Part shown: in pieces, positions 54,694 to 64,000 of the stretch
Numbering within the stretch: the stretch's first letter is position 1
Layout: the number at the start of each line of letters is the position of its first letter
Assembly: GCA_951406725.2 (NCBI GenBank)
Contig: OX597814.1
Coordinates: forward strand, 38,812,001-38,876,000
Reading direction: 5' to 3'
Length of the DNA stretch: 64,000 nt
From: Octopus vulgaris
Taxonomy: Eukaryota
Notes under the pieces: generated by a model
Database searches by the model: none
What the model saw: only the letters and a program-made list of their open reading frames with translations
Told to the model about the DNA's origin: nothing
Translations under genes and position numbers: made by a program

Positions 54694-55871
54694 ACAATCC
54701 AGTAATATATCAAGTGAATCTCCATTTAATCACACGATTATTTGTACAAAATAGGCCATTTCAAAATGTTTAGATATATATATATGCTATGTCTGCATAA
54801 AGTCATAAAGGGAGAAAGGCTGGAATAATTTTGACGTGTGGTCGTTTGTTCAGCTGAAACGGAGATACTAGAATAATTGCAAAGTTAAACACAATATCTC
54901 CTCTCACATCCATGTATCAAGCGATCATCTACGTATTGAAATATTTTATTTAATCAGATGAATTATCTATTTGAAATTATAACGAAAAAAATTTAATTTG
55001 TGGTGACATTTCTATTTCACAAACAAGAATAGTTCAATGCATCAGTTACATAATCTTGTACTAACTTAGTTTAATAAATAAATAGAACAATTAGATTACA
55101 ATGATATTAAAATAGTGAAAGGTACACGTTTTTTTTTTTGTTTTGTTTTTGTAAGAAAATGATGTAGAGTTAATAAATGTAAGCTCTAATGTTGTGCATA
55201 ATTCAAATATATTTCATTAAGCCTGGAATGACAAAGATGGGAAATTTTGAAATTGAAAATAAGACAGCAAGCCAAATACAGCAGGGAATATACTATAATC
55301 CGAGATTTACTCGTTATTCTTCATAGTGCACATATTAAATCTCATGTATATCATACTCAAGAACGAAGGCGAACAACAAAGTGAGATTCATCAATAGATG
55401 CTTTGAACTTATTTATTGAAATTTGGAGAACGAAAGAACACAGTACGCCTTACTTGAATAGGGATAGAGGCATTTCACGAGCAACACTTTGTTACAAATG
55501 AGGTTAAAATTGAAAACGACATAGAAGCCAATTGTGGATAAACTTTTTTGCCATATAATCCAATTTTTTTCCTTTAAATATAGTTGGGTATCCAGTGGAA
55601 CTTTTTTTTTTGTTTTTAGTTTCGTCAAAATAATCAATCCTACTATACTGTGTCGATTTCATTGTCCATGGTATATCTGCAGTGAAGACTATATCCTGTC
55701 CTTACAGCTTTCGCAGTCTTCTAAATCTGAAAAGATATACATACGTTTATGTATATACACACACATCCACACACATACACACAAACATATATATATACAT
55801 ATATATTTATTCATGTGTATATAACTGTATGTGTGTATTTCTATGTGTATGCACATATGTGCCATGATGTT

Positions 55872-55919
<48 letters not shown>

Positions 55920-58540
55920 TAGATAGATAGATAGATAGATAGAGATAGAGATAGAGATATAGATATACATATGCATGGGCATATTCTTATTTGTCTACAT
56001 GTGTACACATCTATGTTTATACCATGTAAATATTATCAAATAGATGACAACGGAACACATTGAAACATGTTCACTTTTGTTTGTTTATTGTAATGAGGTA
56101 TCTTTGTGATGCCTGAAATCCGTTTTTCGTTTATCTGTAATTGAATTGTAAATGTTTACGTTATTCCAATCGAAAGATAACACAAAACTGAAGATTACGA
56201 TGAAAAGATATCGGTAAATACTGAAGCAATATGAAAATTGGATTAGTATCCGTGTACCAGAACAGACAATATGTTTTATTTTACTCGCAGTAGATTCCTT
56301 TTTTCTTCTTTAATACTGATTATTAACTTATTCCAGTATCAAAATAAATTGTATGCGTGTAAATTTTCTCTATTATATATACTAGATTTACTGGGAATTG
56401 GTTGGCAAACTATCATAATTAATGTCAAAAAGATAATAAGATAAATTCGGGAAATTGCAAACTTATGTATTAACGAAGTGTACTCTGAATCTCACGCGTT
56501 GTTTATATAAAACACGAGGTTTCATTTGTATCACAGTATTAGGCAATTAGTTGAAAACTTTACCACTGATATGCAAACTAGACACCAATGCAGACACATT
56601 CATGTCTGAACGTATATACGAACACACAAACACTAATACATGTGAAAAGACACACACATACACAGACACACACACACATACACACACACGCACACACACA
56701 TGCCTATGTTTGTATGTATGTACGGATGCATGTATGTACGTATATATGCATACAGAAAATCGTGAAGCTAGCAGAGGAAGGCCTTTTACAGACTTGGCCC
56801 TTAATCTACATAGTAATCACTTACAACTAGTAGAAATGCAGTGTATTCATATACCTATAACGGTAGAAAATCCGGGAGATGCATTTATTTCACAAGGAGT
56901 ATATAAAGAGAATGTGATGTGTATGTGAAATGCAAAGGATTGGAAGCTTTTCGCAAACTTCTTGAAGAAGCCATAATTTCAGTATAGAAATCTACTCTTC
57001 ACTGAAATAAATATTCTATGAGGAATGTTGCAAAACAGCTGTAACCCTATGAAAGTCTCACGTTTAATAAATATATATTCACCTTTCGTACTTCCTGATG
57101 TTATGTATACTTGCACGCCCCCCCCTCACACACACACAGACAAGCAACACAAGCACAACACACGCAAACATGTATATACATACTTTGATACTAAACACAC
57201 ACACACATGTATGTATGTATGTATGTATGTATGTATGTATGTATGTATGTATGTATGTATGTGTGTATGTATGTGTGCATGCATGCCTGTATGTATATGA
57301 AAGAGCTTTCGTCTGTTCAATCAGATCTGGAGTTCTGCTGAAATCGCTAAATGATTATCGAAAATTCTTCTTGATATACAATATCTGTACATCACTACAC
57401 GCACACACATTCACACGCATACACACACGCGCGCACACGCACACACACAACACTACACACATACACACAGACCCATACACACACACACGGACACGGACAC
57501 ATGCATATATATTTATATTGATACACAATGTATGTACGTGTATGTGCGTTCGTACATATTACACACACGTATACGATTACAGCAAAAATGCATAGGTGAA
57601 CCATTGAAAAACATACAAAGTGTTAAATTTACTTAAACATGTATTATTTGCAGTTAAAATTCTTTGTGAACTTTTGAATGCCCACTATGTGTCTTCAACA
57701 CTGAAATTGACTGAGTTTCAACACACGATCTCAAATCCTATAACTTGCCACATAAACCCATATAAAATATATGTGTTTATATACAAACGAGAATATATTT
57801 TGTTTAGTTCAATATCTTTTCTCCCACGTATAAATGTGGGCGTATAGTATATATTTACGAAAAAAATGTGTTGATTTTATTGCAGACTTTAACGCTTTCA
57901 AACTCGACGTATCCTCCCACACTGTTTTCCCATTACTTAATACCAGAGCTCTCTCGCTCTGAAAACACATAATACTTCAAATTTGACAGACTTAGACTAC
58001 ATTAATCGACAGTATTTTCTTCTACAACAACACTCAACATGAATCATCTGGAAGGTCACGTTACGCGGAATTACAAATCACAAGGCAAACAACTGTGTTT
58101 GGATTTAAGTAAAACATTTGTAGCCATCGACATTTGCATGTTTTTTTCTCATTTTTGAAGAGTGATAAGCCGAACACTCCGTCTTCTTAGACAGAACAGC
58201 TGAACAAAAACATACTTATGCACATGCATACATACGAACATATAGCCATGCGCACACATGTCCATAAATATTAAGATAAATTGGTAGGTAGATGGATTGA
58301 CAGATAGATAGATAAAGTAAACATTTATATTGAAAATGTTAGCATCGCTGGTTGATGACGTATAGTGCGAAGAAGTTTCTTGTGTTCAGACTATGAACTA
58401 CTGATTTTACAGTAACTGCTTTATGTCTTTCCTTTGTTAAATGAAGTGCGAATAATGACAAGTGTATTCAGAAACACAGGTCAAAAAACAACATGGCAGT
58501 GTTTATTACAATACAGAAATACACATGTATACTACCGGAT

Positions 58541-58636
58541 TCTTACGGTTTCCATCTAACAAATGCACACATTGAGACTGAATCAGGAATCACACCGGTG
58601 GGAAGAAAATTTCTTACCATATAAACATGCACTCGC
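58541..58636 (-). mobile_element. SINE family B remnant
   Basis: Minus strand atatggtaagaaattttcttcccacc...ttcagtctca...ttagatggaaaccgtaagaa resembles the family B head at 35102. Confidence 0.5.
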
Positions 58637-60579
58637 ATATGTGTGTGTGTATATGTAGATATGTATCTAGATAAATATATATACATATACATGGGTGTGT
58701 GCGTGTGCGCGCGCATGCTTCTTTATTAATGTTGAATTGAAATTGACATTTCTAGAGCAGCACAGTAATACTGGGCAATGTAATCAGACGCTTGTTGTTA
58801 TCACTGCCATAGATAAATATTAGGGGAGAGAAACGGCCTGGTTTTCAAAATTATAGCTATATAATTTTCATGAATTCTGATTAACTTACATCGTAATAAG
58901 TAAATTTGCCGTTCAGTATGTTTTTAGCATTTGTTTTATTCTATGTTGAAAAAGATTATCTAAAACAGCATAATCACCATACGGATATTATATTTCATTA
59001 ATTTAGTTTCTATAATACTACTAATTCCCTCAAGATATAGCTAGACTTTTACAAGAAAAATCCTGACTGAATAATCATGATTTTTCCTCTTTCCATGGGA
59101 AATGGATATAATGCTAGCCTACATATAGAAGTGTATATATGTGTATGGATGCCTTTATGAGTATTTGAACAAATATACTTATCAAGCGAATAAGCAAGTC
59201 TGATGTAAGATTAATTTGACGAAACGTAAGACAGAATAATACAAAATAAATAGATCAATGCTAAAGTAGGAATTGGCAGGGTGACATTGGATGGCAAGCA
59301 TTGTTAAATAAGATTATTTAAGTCTATAGACAATAAGTTGGACAGTAAAATAAGAAGAGGAAAAGGAAGAATATATTAATATGGAAAATATTAGTTAATT
59401 CATAATTAAGTTATCGTATCCTATCATAACATATAATTTTAGATATATGTTAAGCTTCTTTGCTTGGAACAATACATTCGAGTATTGTACTACAATGTAC
59501 AGAAGCACGCACTTCTTGCTCACTCCATCTCTCTATTTCTCTTTCTCAAATTCTATACTCTTTCTCCTCTGTCACGCTCACTGTGTGTGAGTGAGTGAGT
59601 GTGTATGTGTGTGTGTGTGTGTGTAGCTGTATTTAAACGCATATATGTACATATACATGCTCACACATAAACGCACGCATACACATTTTTGCATGCATAC
59701 GTGTTTGTGTGTTTGTGTGAGTGAGTGTGTGTGTACGTGTACATGTACATTTATATATATGTGTATTTATGGAGGAAATCATGTCTTACCACACACATAT
59801 TTCCGAAGTTTCTGTAATTGCTATCACCTCCTAATCCACAGCTTAATACGATAGCCCTTCTTTTCATTCCCATTCAATATGGCTCTTTTTTTTTTGCGGG
59901 TCTTTTACATTTTCGGTGTCCTGTGCCTTACTTTTCGCCCTATTTGCTAAATAACGCGGGCAATATTTTTTGTACATATTCATTGTTTTATAGTGTTATC
60001 TTTGTGCAATTCTCTGACCCATCTCTGATTTGGGTCAGATTCTCTCTCTCCCTCTCACTTTCCTCCCTTTCTCTTTCCCTCTTTTTCTCTTCATTTCTCT
60101 GTCCTCCCGTTTATATTTCATCCACTATCTTATTTTGTTAACTGTTCCCTTCTCATCTAATATATTTTCACATCTTTTAATCTCTAATTCTCAAATGTAA
60201 GAAGTAATGTTGGAACCTTTAGTGTTTTTCATATTGGCACGGAATAATATTATGCTAAAGATTCTCTTGTATCCTTCGTCTATTTCACACGAAATTTATT
60301 CACAATTCTTTTTCCGTTTTGTTTTCTGTTTCCACAGTGATTGTCTTTTTCAACATTTGGCCACTAACTTATAAAATGTGTGTGTAAGATGTGTGCCTAT
60401 GTATATTGTAAAAGAAGTGATGCACAGTATTTCTAAACGTAAAATATAGACATACCAGAATTACACCTGCACTCACAATCACACGTACAAATGCATATGC
60501 GGGTAAATATATATAACTTCCTGATGCTATGCTTCTAGAGAAAGACCTAGATACCATATATAAATGTACTGAAGATAAC

Positions 60580-61398
60580 CACATGTAATTGGAGGCGGAT
60601 AAATTTCAAGCGCTCCACTACCAGATAATTAGTGCTCAAAAGCCGCAATAACGGTACTTAGAAGCAAAAGAAGTGGCATTCCAAGATTTCCCGAGATCTG
60701 AGGATTGATGAGAGCAACAATGCCTTATTTCACATACATATCACCAAGATTGTGGCAATGTGCAGGCGAATGGCCGGAAGGATTTTGAGAATCTTCTGAA
60801 CAAGAGACCAGGAAACTGTGCTGGGTTTTGAACGACATTTATACTCAACCGCATGGACTACTGTTCTCGAATGTGCTCACACTACAGTGTCAAATTAATA
60901 GCGGAACTTGAGGCAGTTCGGCGGTGCTACACTCGGAAGATTGTAACGATGGACAAGCTGAGCTATTGGGAGAGACCGAAGTAACTACGACTCGAAAGTC
61001 TGGATCTAATTTTGGAAAGGTATGCGGTGAAATACGTATGGAAGATCCAGGAGAAGCTAATACCAAACTTTGATGAGACTGAACTGTTCCAAAGATACCA
61101 CTTGTCCCATCTTGAGTAAGGGTCATGTACTGCAAGAGCTTGGGATTCAAGGGTCAACAGTAATTTGACGCCTTGCCAAAATATCTGAGGAGTTTTCATG
61201 GAGTAGGTGTAGACCTCCTGTTATGCAAGGTCCCAGATGAACCTATGTCAAGGCAGGAAACTCAAGAGGGGAGCAATATCCAACTCTCTCCTCCACCAAC
61301 AACCAATCACGTAAGATTGGCCAATGATATGGTGATTAAACTGGCGGTGCTCCAGGATACCTACAGCCTTCGAGTTGAAACGTATAACAGAAGAAAAT
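60580..61398 (+). mobile_element. Old CR1/L2-type LINE 3' portion (frameshifted)
   Basis: Hand translation RDLRID...FHIHITKIVAMCRRMAGRILRIF*TRD, RMDYCSRMCS...LEAVRRCYTRKI...LSYWERPK*L, ERYAVKYVWKI; ORF LLCKVPDEP. Tail ggcggtgctccaggatacctacagccttcgagttgaaac. Confidence 0.82.
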
Positions 61399-62821
61399 AC
61401 TGTGTTTGTGTGTGCGTGTGTGTGTGTCTGTACTTACACACGAACATACACATATACTTACATATATACTTATATTCAATGTAGTCGTTGGTTATGGCCT
61501 CTCAGAAAATTACCATTCTTTTAACGCTTATCATGCTCATAGCAATATCGACAATTCATAAGACCTGCTGGCTGGAGGAACATATCCTCTTTATCAATGG
61601 TGGTAAAAATGCAATCTTGGTGAGCCTGGCTTCTAAATAAAAAAAAGTACTGAAACGAAATTTTTTGAAGCGAAACCCCTTCTGGGCCAATTGCAGCTAC
61701 CTCCTTTGGACCAGTTCCAGTTGTGTCCGAAAACAGGAGTTAGTTTACATAAGTTTTCCGTTCGCTATGCAGCAAAGTAGGAATTCCATATCTCCAACAT
61801 GTGGGCATCAATTAACACTTCACAATTTGAATATAAAAAATCATCGAAGTATAGCGAATGGTTTAGCATCCTTGCCCTCTCGGCCAACCAAATTTGCATT
61901 GTCTTCCCACGTTGAGGTTAAATTTCCAAACCAATTCACTAACCGATCGCTTCTTTAATGTGTTGGTTAAATAATCAGTCGGTTGTTTGCTTGTCAAAAT
62001 CCTTTCGTCACCATCACAACCTCATTATTGTCATCCCACCTCTCTTCAAGATCTGCCTTGAGTCTGCCTCAGCACAAGTGTTTTGCCTGTGTGTATGTAA
62101 ATATATGTTTACTTACAAGTGAAAGGAATGGTGAGAATAAAAGAAAGGTATGAGTGAACGTCTGTGCTCCTGTGCATACGTATTTGTTGTAGTTGTGTGT
62201 GTGTGTGTGATTGCGTGTATGTGCGTGCATAAACAAAATTATTAAATATTTCAACGCATAAAATCAACTAATTAAAAGTTCATCATCTATTTTTTATTGG
62301 ATATTTCCATTCCTCTTTTGAACTTTTTTCACTAGTCCAACATACTTCAGGTTTTCTTATCAATGCACTCACTTCATTTTCTCTACTCCCTCTTATTCCC
62401 TTCCCATCTTTTTCTATTTTCTCCTCTTAACTCGTTTTTGCTTTTATTCGGCCATTTCTTCGAGTTTTTAATCTCGTTACTTCTACCTCATTATTTTATT
62501 GTCGTCTTATTTTGTTGCTCTCTTCATCATATCTTCTTCTACATCCACAGACCTTATGCAAAGGAAACTATATAGATGTGCAAATCCCATCATATTTCGA
62601 TCATAACTTCTGCTCGAAGAACATCTGCACTCACAGATAAATTTCAGATTAACTTGAATAAAGAAAATAAATAAATAGCTATTTTGGCAATAGATGATGC
62701 AATATGTATTATATTACAGTATATTTTATTGCATATATCTATCTGTGTATATGTGTGTGAGTGTGTGTGTGTGTATGTAAGTATATATAAACACACATAT
62801 ATACATATATATATATATTTG

Positions 62822-63022
62822 ATTTTATTCTCTTATTCTTTTACATGTGTCAGTAATCTAACTGTGGGCATATTGGAGGACATCGAACTCAGGACTTATT
62901 CTTTGTAAGCCTAAGATTCCTTTTGCCAGTTCCACTCATGTAGTCTATTTGCTCGAAAGTAGGTTGCTCCAGTATTACCACAGTTAAATGTCTGTAACAA
63001 GTAAAAGAATAAAGGAATAAAA
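62822..63022. mobile_element. Two opposed SINE-B/LINE 3' tail fragments
   Basis: tattcttttacatgtgtcagtaatctaactgtgggcatattggag (-) and gctccagtattaccacagttaaatgtctgtaacaagtaaaagaata (+). Confidence 0.65.
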
Positions 63023-63690
63023 TAATATATTATTACATATATATATAAATATATATATACATACACATTTTTATCCAAGAGGAGGCGATGCGAACAACAA
63101 CCACAGGAACATCACAAAATGCAAAGATAGACCGAACACATACGAATCTTATATACTAATTTATATCTAAACAGTCCGACATTTTAAAAAATTTAAGTGT
63201 AAGTTAGTATTCAGAACGAGAGTGACATCCAAGAAATTTGCCATTTTAGGATTATTCTAAAAAACCATGCTCAAGTTATAAAAGTCCTTAAGAAATTCTC
63301 TAATAGAAATAGCAATAAACGTTAGATCTAAGCAATAACAAGTGAATTAAGTTTAGTAAGTATAATGAGTGGTAAACGAGATAAAACTAAAGTAATGTAA
63401 TAATTAAAAAACATAGCTTTTAGTCGAGGACTCGGTCCTGAATATGTGGCTTTGCATGTATGGGAGAATTAATAAAATTGAAACAAAATAAAATAAAATA
63501 AATTTAGTGCTGAAGTGAAATGGTCCAGATGGCGCTGTGTGCATACAATTTACTATGGCAGCTGGATCGAATTGTATGCGTATAAAGTTCAATTCCGTAT
63601 CGAAGAAAAAGTTTCTGGGAGTACGTAAATGCCGTGTTCTGAGAATGGCCAGTATGTGTTTGTGTATTTGTTCATGTTTTATATGTGATG

Positions 63691-63800
63691 TATAGGTAAT
63701 CCTGATGAGAGGAGTGTCAATTTTAAATACTATTTTAATTACTGATATGTCTAATATTAAATGGCACATCCCCGAAACGGCCTTCTGTATATCTTATATT
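63691..63800 (+). ncRNA. Decayed hammerhead-ribozyme-like motif
   Basis: CTGATGA (63702-63708), stem II gaggagtgtca/tggcacatcccc with an AT-rich loop, GAAA (63774-63777), c-ggcc-TTC; weak stem I tatagg/cttata. Confidence 0.5.
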
Positions 63801-64000
63801 TTTGTAAGCTTGTATATGTACTATATTCTATGTACTATTCGCCGGAATTTTATTCGTCTTTGGATATGCCATATTTTTATTTTATTATCATTATATTTAT
63901 TTCTCTTATACTAACAGTTGTAAGCCTGTTATATGCAAAATTTATATTTATATTCATATTTTCATTTGTATATGATACTTATACATTACTGAATTAATTT

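Overview
This is eukaryotic, very AT-rich, repeat-saturated DNA, either intergenic or inside a large intron. The tRNA-derived SINE families and the density of (TA)n/(CA)n/(AAT)n arrays look like an octopus genome; that is recognition from memory, not a database result. I can support no intact host protein-coding gene, rRNA, true tRNA or CRISPR array. Most ORF-track entries are microsatellite translations (YIYI, HTHT, IIII, TTTT). The non-microsatellite sequence is mainly decayed transposons: mariner, Tc1 and two maT/DD37D-like elements, a palindromic MITE, three non-autonomous Helitrons (two in tandem), four Penelope-like (RT/GIY-YIG) coding fragments plus terminal-repeat pieces, CR1/RTE LINE fragments (one CR1 3' end has an uninterrupted ~230-codon frame), and more than 12 SINE copies. 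The most notable signals are: (1) several hammerhead-ribozyme-like motifs in putative Penelope terminal repeats, including a near-complete type I fold at 43949-44054 (-) with a greatly extended stem II; (2) a His/Cys-rich coding-like island between Helitron ends; (3) a ~110-bp inverted repeat enclosing a SINE; (4) a LINE and a SINE family sharing a 3' tail. All translations outside the ORF track, pairings and alignments were done by eye.
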